57,758 bases of DNA from Octopus sinensis (Eukaryota): assembly GCF_006345805.1 (NCBI RefSeq), contig NW_021833600.1:1-57758 (forward strand), written 5' to 3'. The translations under genes and the position numbers were made by a program. Each line of letters opens with the position of its first letter. Position 1 is the stretch's first letter. This document shows positions 13,155-25,753 of the stretch, in pieces. A model generated the notes under the pieces. It was not told where the DNA came from. It made no database searches and worked only from the letters and a program-made list of their open reading frames with translations.

Positions 13155-13520
13155 TCTTTTATTTGTTTCAGGCATTTGGCTACGGCCATGCTGGAGCACC
13201 ACCTTTAGTCGAACAAATCGACCCCAGGACTTATTCTTTGTAAGCCTAGTACTTATTCTATTGGTCTCTTTTGCCGAACTGCTAAATTACAGGGACGTAA
13301 ACACACCAGCATCGGTTGTCAAGCGATGGTGCAGGGGACAAACACACACAAACATATATATATATATATATATAGACAGGCTTCTTTCAGTTTCTGTCTA
13401 CCAAATCTACTCACAATGTTTGGTCGGTCTGAGGCTAAAGTGCCCAAGATGCCAGGCAGAGGGACTGAATCCAGAACCATGTGGTTGGTAAGCAAGCTAC
13501 TTACTACACAGCCACTCCTA
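13155..13520 (-). mobile_element. SINE family A copy
   Basis: Homologous to 11236-11640. Confidence 0.85.
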
Positions 13521-13906
13521 CACACACAGACACACACACACACATTTATGTTACAAATAAAGGGACTACAACAAACCCAAATGTGTTCAGCTCCCTTCCT
13601 CACTTTCTGATGTTAATCACAACCAGCTTTGCATAGCAGTAATCATATTCTATTGAGTTTTCCACTCTGTTATCCACTGATGAAAGGACCACACTAATTA
13701 CTTTTCTGTTGCAATGCTAGGAACACAAACTTGCATCCAGAGAAGAAATTAAATATATTCAGAAGAGTACCTTACGTTTGATATTTCATTTTCTAGTCTC
13801 CTGTCACTTAGCCCTTTTGTTACTGTATTTATTTTGAGATGCTCTGTGTTTCATTCAATTACTTTAAATATAACAAAGAATTTAGTAATATAACTTAGTT
13901 ATCATT

Positions 13907-14079
13907 CCAGTTCTATATTTAAGAGATGAGGAATTATGTAGATTATTTACATTTGACGGATATTTGTCCTCATCTTGTTTGTTGTTAACACAACATTTCA
14001 GCTGATATACCTTCCAGCTTTCATCAGGTGTCATGGGGAAATTTTGAACTTGGGTTCTCATTCCTAAGGTATTTTTCGA

Positions 14080-14129
<50 letters not shown>

Positions 14130-14186
14130 TCAATTCCTGGAATTGAACTTGGAATCTTGGGGTTAATAACCTGCACTCTTAACCAC
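13907..14186 (-). mobile_element. H1 element: truncated tRNA-like module, (TAA)n, HHR tail
   Basis: Flanked by a TCATT duplication (13902-13906, 14187-14191). The 3' end AAATATAGAACTG matches the end at 54427. Confidence 0.8.
13987..14032 (-). ncRNA. Minimal type I hammerhead ribozyme motif (H1)
   Basis: GACAC-CUGAUGA-A-AGCUG-loop-CAGCU-GAAA-UG-UU-GUGUU. Confidence 0.65.
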
Positions 14187-14737
14187 TCATTCTGCTAGTA
14201 TTAGGAACATAAATTATGACTAAGGTTTGGTGGAAGATTTTAATTCAAAACTTATGAAAACAAGACATTTGTATTCAGAACCGGTTTCAGCCGGGTTGGT
14301 AACGAAAGGGTGCGTGTGTGTGTGTGTGTGTCATCATCCTCATCATCATCATCATTTAATGAACATTGTTCATGCTGGCATGGGTTGGATGGTTCGACTG
14401 GGCTGGCACACTGGAAGGCTGCACCAGACTCCAGTCTTGTTTGGTATGGTTTTCTACAGCTGGATGCCCTTTCGAATGCCAACCACTCCGAGAGTGAAAT
14501 GGGTGCTTTTACATGCCACCGACATGGGTGCTGATGGCATGACACCGGGATGTGATTACATGCCACTGGAATGGGTGCCAATTTGCATGACACCAGTATC
14601 TGCTACAAGTGCAATTTTGTACGTCTTGATGGGTCTTCTTCTCAAGCACGACACAATGCCAAAGGTCTGGGTCATTGACTCTGTGAGGCCCAAAACTTGA
14701 AAGGAAAAGGAATATATACATGTTTCTTTTCTGTGTA

Positions 14738-14775
14738 TCTTTCTGTTGAAGAGCGTAGGCTCGAAACGTAAAAGA
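14738..14775 (+). ncRNA. Minimal type I HHR-like motif (family H2, A6U core variant) in an element at about 14718-14873
   Basis: UCUUU-CUGUUGA-A-GAGC-GUAG-GCUC-GAAA-CG-UA-AAAGA. Confidence 0.55.
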
Positions 14776-14871
14776 CTTGTTTTATTTCTATTCCTGAGCG
14801 CCATACTAATACAATTGTTTGTTTGTACTCCACCTGCCTTCGTCTCTTGTTTATTTTCGTAAAGCTTCCTG

Positions 14872-14912
<41 letters not shown>

Positions 14913-15727
14913 TACATATATACGTGTGTGTGTGTGTGCTTTGTATTTTTGTCTATCCCCCGCCATCACTTGACAACCAGTGTTGGTTTGTTTACATCCC
15001 TGTAACTTAGCAATTTGGCAAAAGAGAACAAAAGAGTAAGTACTAGGTTTCAAAACAAAGAGTATAGGGTCAGTCATTTCACTAAAACCCCTTCATTGAT
15101 TGAAACAAGTAACAGAGATAGATAGACAGACAGACAGACAGATAGACAGAGACAGACAGACAAATAGATAGATAGGTTTGTTGCTTGTTGGACATGCTAT
15201 TATGGCATTGAGAGAGAGAGGGAGAGAGAAAAGAAAAGAAAGACAGAGAGAAAAGAAGAAAGAGAGAGAGAGTAAGGGAGAATCTATGTTCTGCAAGGGA
15301 GAGAATCACTTCTTTTTACCCTAGTTTTTAAGTTACACATTACACACACATACGCATTAATAAGGACACAAATGTGAAACAAGGTGGGAAAAAAATGGTA
15401 CTTGAATACCAATAGTGACATGTATGTAGCGGAGCACGCCACAGCACGTGTACCCTTAATGTAGTTCCGGGGAGATTCAGCATGACATAGAGTGTGACAA
15501 TGCTGGGCCCCTTTGAAATACAAGTACAACAGAAACAGGAAGAAAGAGCTAGAGGAAGTCATGGTGAAAGTGTACATCAGGGTTCACTCTGCCCCTTGCC
15601 GGATCCTTGTGGAGCTTTAGGTGTTTTCACTCAATAAGCACTCACAATGCCCGGTCTGGGAATCAAAGCCGCAACTCTGCTGCCCTAACTACTGGGCCAT
15701 TGCACCTCCACACACACACACAATATG

Positions 15728-15759
<32 letters not shown>

Positions 15760-16476
15760 GAGCATGGTTGCTGCCAATGCCGCTGGACTGACTCCTGTGC
15801 AGGTGGCACGTAAAATACACCATTTCAAGCGTGGCCGTTGCCAGTACTGCCAGACTGGCCCTCATGCCAGTGGCACGTAAAAGCACCCACTACATTCTCA
15901 GAGTGGTTGGCATTAGGAAGGGTATCCAGCTGTAGAAACTCTGCCAGATCAGAATGGAGCCTGGTGCAGTCGTCTGGTTCGCCAGACCTCAGTCAAATCG
16001 TCCAACCCATGCTAGCATGGAAAGCGGACGTTAACTGGTGATGATGATGATGATTATATATATAGATATATATATATATACATATCTATACACACACGCA
16101 CACACATATATATTCTCACCCATGCCAGCACAGAAGGCAGACGTTAAACGATGAGGATGATGATGATATATATAACTCCTGCTATCGCTCTCTAGGTGTC
16201 ACCCCACACCACTCTCAACCACTGTTACCTGCTGATTGTAATGTGTCTGCCTACTTCCCCAGCCCCGTCAATCTCTCCACTCCACCAACTGTTCAAATCT
16301 CTCTCTCTCTCTCTCTCTCCCACCAACTCTAATTATTCACTCCTACCATTACAAAATCCTATTTACCAGATTAACCAGAAAAATCTACCATTTAAAGGAT
16401 TACCCAACTTAACTGTACATTGATGTACACATAGCTGAGTTCATATATGCATATGTATGTATATATATATATATAT

Positions 16477-16527
<51 letters not shown>

Positions 16528-16696
16528 TATATATATACATACATATATATATATATATATAAGACTATTTGCCAACATGTATGTATGTACATATGTATGT
16601 ATGTATATATGTGCATGTGTGTTTAGTTCTTAAAAACACATCACTAGAATCAAAGCTGTCAAGTCATGCAACATCCCCATATTATACACAGATATA

Positions 16697-16740
<44 letters not shown>

Positions 16741-17075
16741 GATATATATACATGCATGTGTATGTGCATGTAAATGCACACACACAAACACACATACACA
16801 CACACACATGATATAATGGTTTGAAATTTTAGCACCAGGTCAGCAGTCTTGGGTGGGTGGGAGTTGGTCGATTACGTAACTTCAGTGTGCTCAACTGGTG
16901 CATCGTCTTATCAACCTTGAAAGGATGAAAGGCAAAGTTGGGCCTAGTAGGATTTGAACTCAAAGCGTAAAGATCCAAAAGAAATTCTGTCGGGTATTCT
17001 TGCGGCAATCTGACAATTTTGCCAGCACTGCCATAAATAGATAAATATATTAAATAATAATTCTTTCCTCTATAA

Positions 17076-17491
17076 CAGAGGGTCACCAAACTACAGCCTG
17101 CAAGGTCAATTCATCCAGCCCACCACCGCACTGTACCCTTTGTGTAGGTACCTGCAATGAGAGTTCATTTGCCTCTGGTAAGGCATCAGTGTTTGGAACA
17201 ACTTATGTCTGAGAGCAGTCATTTTCAAAAATGAAGAATGTGAAGTCAGAACATCGGACAAGGTTGACTTTTTTTATACTCTTTTACTTGTTTCAGTCAT
17301 TTGACTAAGGCCATGCTGGAGAACAGGGTTTTTTATCAATCAAGCAAATCGCCCCCGGGACTTATTCTTTGTGAGCCTAGTACTTATTCTATCATTATCT
17401 TTTGCCGAACCGCTAAGTTACAGGGACGTAAACACACTAGCATCGGTTGTCGAGCGATGTTGGGGGAACAAACACAGACACACAAACATAT

Positions 17492-17548
<57 letters not shown>

Positions 17549-18051
17549 TACGATGGGCTTCTTTCAGTTTCCGCCTACCAAATCCACTCACAAGGCTTTG
17601 GTCGACCCGAGGCTATAGTAGAAGGCACTTGCCCAAGGTGCCATGCAGTGGGACTGGACCCAGAACCATGTGGTTCGTAAGCAAGCTACTTTACCACACA
17701 GCCACTCCTACGCCTACACCTGATGAACAATTGAAATCAATTCTCTTTGTTGGATGCAGCAATTCCAAAGCAAATATTGAGGATATCTTAAAAGCTAAAT
17801 ATCAGTTCCACAAATCTCACTAACCTTTTTTGCTGCTTAGTTTGTGAGATACAGATATGTGCACACTGGGTATGATATAACTATTTTATTGCAAACGTCA
17901 CCTTCTTTGATAAGATTTTGGTAAATAAATATATTGGTTCTCTTTATTTTTTGTGTATTCACTATTGTATTGAACAAAATGGTTATGCAGCCTGCACTCA
18001 TCATAATCTCAGTTATCTAATCCACTGTGAAAAAAAGTTGGGCGACCCCTG
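17076..18051 (+). mobile_element. hAT (Buster/Charlie-type) internally deleted DNA transposon with nested SINE A
   Basis: TIRs CAGAGGGTCACC / GGCGACCCCTG; perfect 8-bp TSD CTCTATAA on both sides. The remnant transposase C-terminus ASVFGTTYV*EQSFSKMKNVKSEHRTRLT|DEQLKSILFVGCSNSKANIEDILKAKYQFHKSH* is split by a SINE. Confidence 0.9.
17270..17718 (-). mobile_element. SINE family A, full-length copy nested in the hAT element
   Basis: Interrupts the transposase between RLT and DEQ. Confidence 0.9.
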
Positions 18052-18300
18052 CTCTATAATAACAAAGTCTGAAATTTAGAGGAAGTCAACACCAGAGGAA
18101 TTTGAATTCAGAACTGAAAGACAGATGAAATGCCACTGAGAATTTTGTCCAGAAGGCTGAAAATTCTACCAGCTCACTACCTGAAGAATAATAACAATAA
18201 TGGTTTCAAATTTTGGCACAAGGCCAGCAATTTCAAGGGAGAGGACAAGCTGATTTGGACAACTTACTGCTTTAAAAACAATAATAAAAATAATAATAAC

Positions 18301-18351
<51 letters not shown>

Positions 18352-19299
18352 TCTTTCTACTTGGAAGCACAAGGCCTCAAATTTGAGGAAAGGGATTAAG
18401 TCGATTACATTGACCCCAGCGCATAACTGGCACTTATTTAATCAACCCTGAAAGGATGAAAGGCAAAGTCAACCTCGGCGGAATTTGAACTCAGAATGTA
18501 AGGTCAGACCAAATGCTGCTAAGCATTTTGTCCAGCATGTTAACAATTCTACCAACTCACCACCTTCAAATAATAATAATAATAATAATAATAAATGCTT
18601 TAATGCTATACCAGGCATTGGTTTCTGATCTTAACTGATTGGAAGTGTTATCATGTACGTGCTTCATCTTGGTGTAAAAAAACAGCAAATATTCTGTTCA
18701 GTACCACAGATTTGCTTATCTGTCACTTGACCTTAACCAGTTGAGCATGTCCCTTGATGGCTGATGATATGTGCATCTCTGATCACAAGCAGGGGTAGAG
18801 GGGAAGCATGTGTCATGATGGCATGTGCTACTCTCTCAATAATAATGATAATAATAGTAATAATAATTATTTCTATTAAGGGCACAAGGCCTGAAATTTG
18901 GGGGAGGGGGATAGTCAATTAGATCCACCCCAGTATGTGACTGGTACTAAATTTATTGACCCCGAAAGGATGAAAGGCAGAGTTGACCTCAGTGGAATTT
19001 GAACTCAGACTACGACTACAGGCAAAATACTTCTAAGTATTTAAGCCTGGTGCATTAAGCAATTCTGCCAGCTCAGCTTTTTATTTTTATTTTTTTATTA
19101 ATGATAGTTTTGTTCATTGTAACAAAAGCAATGAATAGTGGGTGGCAGTCATTAGAGAGTTGCTTTACAAAACTGATATGTGATACTAACAAAAGAGAAA
19201 GAGAACCAGAAAGAGAGAGAAAGAAAGAAATTAAAAATCACCAAAATGAAATAATGCTTTTATGAACAAAACCAATATTAACAAAAAATATAAAATGGA

Positions 19300-19866
19300 C
19301 ATGAAATTATTATCGCTGGGCACTGACAAGAATGACCTGGCTAGTCTATTCCGGAGGACTTTCCGATCAGGAACTATCATGGATAATTTCCAGATGTCCT
19401 TGGCCTGGCAGTGCGACCGATCAGTGGGCACTACTGGTTCAAGATAAACTCTACAGGCACGGATGTGCTGTCAGATGGACTTGTCTGAGGTGCATGCAAA
19501 ATGACGAAGCTGTTCTGCATGCCCTCACTCAGTGTCCGGGCATTGCTGACTCGTGGGACTATGTTGAACAGCTGCTGTCACGTGTGGGACAAATTTATCT
19601 GTTGGCTGAGTCTGTAGTGATGATTGCACCACCGCCCTCCTTCAATCAGGTAGGCAAGGCAGTTTTCCTTTGCCTGATGGCTGTGGCGAAAGAGGTTGTC
19701 TGATGGACAAGGCTGAAAGGCATGAGGACAGATACATTCATCTCTGGTAAAGCTCTCACTGACTTCTTCAAGTTTCACTTGAAAAGGAAATTGAGAGTGG
19801 AGAGGGAAGTGCTGTCCTCGAGTGAGTTTATTGAAAGGTGGATGAAAGTTACAAAAATGCCAAGAG
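19300..19866 (+). mobile_element. L1/Tx1-clade LINE ORF2 3' fragment (pseudogenised)
   Basis: CLRCMQNDEAVLHALTQCP zinc-knuckle motif, then AVAKEVV*WTRLKG...FFKFHLKRKLRVER; stops present. Confidence 0.75.
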
Positions 19867-19913
19867 GTCACATATATGCACATATACACACACACACACA
19901 TACATACACACAA

Positions 19914-19970
<57 letters not shown>

Positions 19971-21500
19971 CAGACACACAGACATAAACATGCACACACA
20001 CACAAAACAAACAATGTGAACAGGACTTGGGGTAGGGGTGGCAGGATAAATTGATGGATCGATGGATGGATCAATGGATTAAGGGAAGTAAGGATGAATG
20101 GATGGATGGACGAATCATGGGAGGGATGAAAGGAAGGATGGAGAGAGGGAGGTATAGACAGACAAACAGATAGATCGACAGAGAGATGATATGGGTGGTA
20201 ATTCTTCCAAGTGAACCAAAGGAAATAGTTTTCCATTGATCTTTCAAATCTTTAATTCTGTCTCTTGATCACAATGCTTGGCAGAAATATTACCATTTTC
20301 CTGCAGCATGGTGAGATTTGAACTCAAAATTCACAGGGTCTGAACAGATAACACAAGACAGGCTTTCCAAAGCACTTACAATTCAGACAATCTGTTGCTC
20401 TAGATGAGTGCCTGTTTTTATTGACCCCAAAGTTGCCCTCGGTAGGATTTAAACACAGAATGCAGCGAGTTGGAACAAATACCACAAGGCATTGTATGTA
20501 ACCCATGACAAAATCCAGTTCTTGCTGCGATGTGGTGGATTACATGCTGCATTGATTCTGAGAGCTCTGCCAGTGGAACATAAGCTTTGTAGGGTCTCCC
20601 ATGCTAGAAAAGTCAAAGGGTAGAGGCAAGACTAATGTGGACCACTTTTTTTCCCAAAGGTAAAAAAGGGAGTCTGCATAGGACCAACAACCCTAAAAGT
20701 AAAACAGGCAACATTACAGAAGTAGTGATAACAATTCAAAACCTACAAGACGTGGAAGAGGAAGGTCTTCCTTTAGGGAAACAAATGAACCCATAAGGGA
20801 TGGGGTGAGGGGCAGAAGACAGGATGCCCTAAAAATAGCTGAAGGAAAGGAGACTTAAATAGAGCTGAAAAAGCAGGGATCCAATTGGAGATAAGGGGAA
20901 AAGACAGCCCAGTGCCATGAACGGTAGAGAAAAGTCATTGATGGCGTATGCACCATAGGGAGTGAAGGGCTTATAAACCATAAGGAGCGAAGGGCTTATG
21001 GATCATCTCTAACATGAACAACTGCATCCATTCACTGCCTTGTTGGATATATGGATAGATGGATGAACAGGTAGACAAAATATATGATACCATACCTAAT
21101 ACTTCAGACAAACAACAGACTATTTCCTGTTTATAGTTTTGGGTTCTTTTTTTCTCCCAAGAGAGGAAGAAATTCAGGTTTTATGTATCGGGACATGACA
21201 CCTAGTGCTAATGACACACATTCACATACAGAAGGTAAACATGAAACTGCATGAACATCAGCGAGCAGCTTGAGAAGTGAGACAGACAGGCAGGCAGGCA
21301 AACACAGACAGGCAAGCAGAGAAAGTATAAAATATGATAGGTAGCTCTTTAGACAAACAGCAGACAGACAGATCATTTAACAGTAAATATAATTCCTGTG
21401 TGTGTGTGGTGTGTGTGAAGGGTGGGGTGACTCTCTCAAGCATTGCAGTTCAGTGAGTGCAATTTTTTTTTTAAATGTGCCAACTAAACAGTATTCTGTG

Positions 21501-21790
21501 GTAGTGCATTGTGGGTAGAAGAGGGTTAAACAAGCTGTCCAAAAGCAAAATGGTGGGGTGCATTGTGGGTAAAATGGAAATCAAATAACCAAAAATAAAT
21601 AAATATATAAATAAATAGTACAGGGGAATTGTGGGTAGGAGGAGGTAAAAATATTGACCAAATGAACTATTGCAGTGCATTGTGGGTAAGGAGTTTAAAG
21701 AAACACTATACAAGAAAAAGTGCAGTGCATTGTGGGTGGAATAGAGTTAAACACTGACTGAAAACAATCCAGTGCAGTGCATTGTGGGTA
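21501..21790 (-). promoter_or_regulatory. Cluster of six Staf/ZNF143-like motifs
   Basis: GTGCATTGTGGGT on + at 21504, 21558, 21675, 21725 and 21777, plus a variant at 21624; the minus strand reads TACCCACAATGCAC. Confidence 0.45.
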
Positions 21791-22513
21791 AAAGAGAAAT
21801 AAGAAATGACCAAAAAGAAAAAAAAAGGAAAACAGAAAAAAAAGAAAAAATATCAATATCATGTCTCCAGATTTTCAAAAAGGTTTCATTTCAGATTGGG
21901 AGAGTTTTCTCTTAGTATTCATATTGTATTCTCAATCATATTTTACTCTCTCTCTCTCTCTCTCTCTCTCCCTCTGTCTTTCACTCTTTCACCTGTTTGG
22001 AAATGAACGAACTTATCAATTTATTAGAAGAGCAATGAGACTGAACCCTGAACCATGTGATTGCAAAGCTAACTTCTTACCACACAGCCATGCCTACACC
22101 TATGTTTTATATATATATATATATTCTATTATTGGTTTCAGTCATTTGGCTGTGGCCATGCTGGAGCACCACCTTTAGTCGAACAACTCGACCCCAGGAC
22201 TTATTCTTTTTAAGCCTAGAACCTATTTTATCGGCCTCTTTTGCTGAACCGCTAAGTTATGGGGATGTAAACAAACCAACATCGGTTGTCAAGCGATGAT
22301 GGGGAGGACAAACATACACACACACACACGCATATATATATACGACACGCTTCTTTCAGCTTCTATCTACAAAATCCACTCATGAGGCTTTGGTTGGTCC
22401 TAGGCTATAGTAGAAGACACTTGCCCAAGGTGCCACGCAGTGGGACTGAACCCAGAACCATGTGCTTGGGAAGCAAGCTTCTTACCACACACCTGCTCCA
22501 TATATATATATAA

Positions 22514-22554
<41 letters not shown>

Positions 22555-23088
22555 GGAACAAAAACGTAATAGAGGACAATAAAACATTTGGATAGATAGA
22601 CAATACAAAGGTGGTGAGGAGAAACAACTATTAGAAGGACAGGCAAAAAAAGACGGGTCATTTGTGGCTGTCTTTCCTTAGTCATGTCCTTACTGTGTGT
22701 ATGTGTGTGAGTGTTGAGACCCCTTCGGTCATGAATAACCATGGGATTGCACCTAGAAAGTTACTCTCCAAGGCACAAGTCCAGGCAAGGCTGTTTATGA
22801 AAGACCAGCAGTCATTCATGCATACCAGCCTCCCCTCTCCACACCACTGATGTTTTCCAAGGGTAAGGCAAAGGACGATACAGATTGGCACCAGTGATGT
22901 CGCAACTCATTTCTACAGCTGAGCGAACTGGAGCAACATGAAATAAAGTGTCTTGCTCAAGAGCACAACATGCAGCCCGGTCCAGGAATCGAACTCACTA
23001 CCTCATGAATGTAAGCTCGGCACTCTAACCACTGAGCCATGCACCTTCACACACACATATATATATATTATATATATATATATATATA

Positions 23089-23480
23089 CTCTTTTACTCT
23101 TTATATTTGTTCAATCATTTGACTGCGGCCATGCTGGAGCACCGCCTTTAGTCGAGCAAATCGACCCCGGAACTTATTCTTTGTAAGCCCAGTACTTATT
23201 CTATCAGTCTCTTTTGCCGAACCGCTAAGTGACGGGGATGTAAACACACCAGCATCGGTTGTCAAGCAATGCTCGGGGGACAAACACAGACACATATATA
23301 TATATACATACATTATACAACAGGCTTCTTTCAGTTTCCGTCTACCAAATCCACTCACAAGGCTTTGGTCGGCCCGGGGCTATAGCAGAAGACACTTGCC
23401 CAAGATGCCACGCAGTGGGACTGAACCCGAAACCATGTGGTTGGTTAGCAAGCTACTTACCACACAGCCACTCCTGCACC
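23089..23480 (-). mobile_element. SINE family A, full-length copy
   Basis: Homologous to 11236-11640; a SINE E copy lies immediately to its left. Confidence 0.9.
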
Positions 23481-23512
<32 letters not shown>

Positions 23513-23516
23513 AAAT

Positions 23517-23550
<34 letters not shown>

Positions 23551-25255
23551 ACACATACCCCCCCACACACACACACCATGTTATATGACCAATGGCAGAA
23601 TAAAAGTATGTATGTATGTGTACATAATGGTATAGCTCTATACATATACTTTATTTTAACAGAGATTTTGTCCTTTTGGAATTTCATAGCCAAAGATCAA
23701 AGAGTGTGAAATGGGTCAGAAGAATTGACCATAATTTGTTCAAAAGTGTGTGTGTTTGTATGTTTGTGTGTGTATGTGTGAAGTACATCTATCCCCACAC
23801 AGCCAGATTCATGATGCACCCACTCTTAACACACACATTATCAGGATTTTCTTTTTAACCTACCAACCTACCTATCTACCCACCTATTTCCTCCTCATCC
23901 CTATCACCCCACCACCCCATATCAAACTCGATTGGTCGATCAGTCACTCAGTCAATTAATCTATGATCATCTCTTTCACAATGCAACTCAACAACTCACA
24001 GATCAGTTTCTTGCATTGTGTGGGGTCAAAGTTCGTTTTCCGCGCCTCATTAGTAAACTTCACTCTCCCTCTCTATGACAATCTCCCCCACTCTTTCAAA
24101 GCCCCCCTCTTCTCCCCACCATCACCACCTTTCATGAGAGAGCATTCTTTCAGTTTGTTTTTTTTTTATTTGTTACTATGTTTTTAATTCACACACACAC
24201 ACACACACACACAAATACACATATCTGTGTCAGTGTGTCACACTTTGACCCTCTCTCTCACTATTCCTCCTGCTGGGGTGAGAGTATTAGCAGGCATATA
24301 GACAGTGAGCTAGGTGAGGGATTGACAGTTGTGGTGGTAATGGGGAGATAGTAATAGTATGAGCTGTAGTTGTGATAGAGGTGGAGGCGCCAGTGGTGGT
24401 GGTGGTGGTGTGGTGATGGCTGAGGAAGTCAGGGACGAAGGTGATAGACAGTAGTGATGGCGGTGGAGGGGAAGTCAAAGGTATTGATGGTGGTGGCGTC
24501 AGAAGTCTGAATGGTGTGTGTGTGTATGGCAGTTGTGGTGGTGGTACCGGTAATGGTGATGGTTGAAAACAATCAACAGAAAGAGAGAGAGAGAGAAAGA
24601 TTAGACAGAAAACAAAATTGCACCGACTCCCACCTCCACCTCCACCCCCACCCAGCCGAATGAGAAGAGAAAAAAAAGTGTTGTCTATCATGCAGCTTAG
24701 CAATAAGTTCCAAATTAACAAATTATATCATTGTTTTGATGAAAATTGCTCATTGCTTGAAAAATATTGGTCAAGTTTAATAAAATATATTACATACTCA
24801 ATGCATGAAGTGTCACTGTTGGGCCCGGGGCCTGATGATGAGCCCTCCACAGAAGCTCACTTAAAAGGCACCTGATAAGGTGGCTTTTAAGCTAGTGACC
24901 TGTTGAGGCAAGTGAAATCGAAATCGCTCAAAAATCAATGGAAATTGTAGTTGTGATACCAGTGCCGGTGGCACGTAAAAGAACCATCCGAATGTGGCCA
25001 TTGCCAGAGCCGCCCCGACTGGCCTCCGTGCCGGTGGCACTTAAAAAGCACCGTCCGATCGTGGCCGTTGCCAGCCTCGCCTGGCACGTAAAATGCACCC
25101 ACTACACTCACGGAGTGTTTGGCGTTAGGAAGGGCATCCAGCTGTAGAAATACTGCCAGATCAGACTGGGCCTGATGCAGCCTCCTGGCTTCCCAGACTC
25201 CAGTCGAACTGTCAAACCCATGCTAGCATGGAAAGCGGACGTTAAATGATGATGA

Positions 25256-25289
<34 letters not shown>

Positions 25290-25388
25290 TAGAGTAAACA
25301 CATAATGCAAAACAAGGTGGAAAAAATAGCACTCGAATACCAGAGGTAGAGCAATATGCTTTATTAAAAAGCAGCAATAAATATCACA

Positions 25389-25434
25389 AAAACTGTTACT
25401 CAGAGTTTCACTTTCCTGTTCATCGGACAGTTTT
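25389..25434 (-). ncRNA. Type I HHR-like motif (family H4, U4C variant, decayed stem II)
   Basis: AAAACUGU-CCGAUGA-AC(AGGAAA)GU-GAAA-C-UCUGA-G-UA-ACAGUUUU; degenerate inverted copy at 25461-25504. Confidence 0.45.
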
Positions 25435-25716
25435 GTTTAGAATCTATAATAATTCTAAACGAAACCGTCCGATAAGAGGAACGTGAAACTGACTAACAGT
25501 TTTTGTGATATTTTTCCTGATTTTTAAGTGTGTGTATATATATATTTATATATGCATTTTATATATACATGTAGATGTCGGTACGTACATATATGTTTGT
25601 ATGTATGCATATATTTTATTTATTACACTATCGTCTGACAGCGCTTCGCGTCGTGGTTTGTTCGAATTTTCGAATTTTCGCTTCGTTCCATCTCTTTTTT
25701 CCTCCCAGTATTGTTT

Positions 25717-25753
<37 letters not shown>

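Larger units (their letters stand above)
13812..14310. mobile_element. piggyBac-like MITE family 2, interrupted by the H1 element
   Basis: Ends CCCTTTTGTTAC / GTAACGAAAGGG; left flank TTAG, a decayed TTAA. Confidence 0.6.

Noticed and set aside
17719-17745. CUGAUGA…GAAA hammerhead-like string
   Set aside because: No stem II or stem I; it is hAT transposase coding sequence at a SINE junction.
21501-21790. CRISPR array
   Set aside because: Eukaryotic context, a repeat of only 14-18 bp without a hairpin, low-complexity spacers and no cas genes.
24832-24880. C/D-box snoRNA or HHR (ATGATGA…CTGA; TGAGC/GCTCA stem)
   Set aside because: Boxes are only about 40 nt apart and antisense to the host gene; no GAAA for an HHR.
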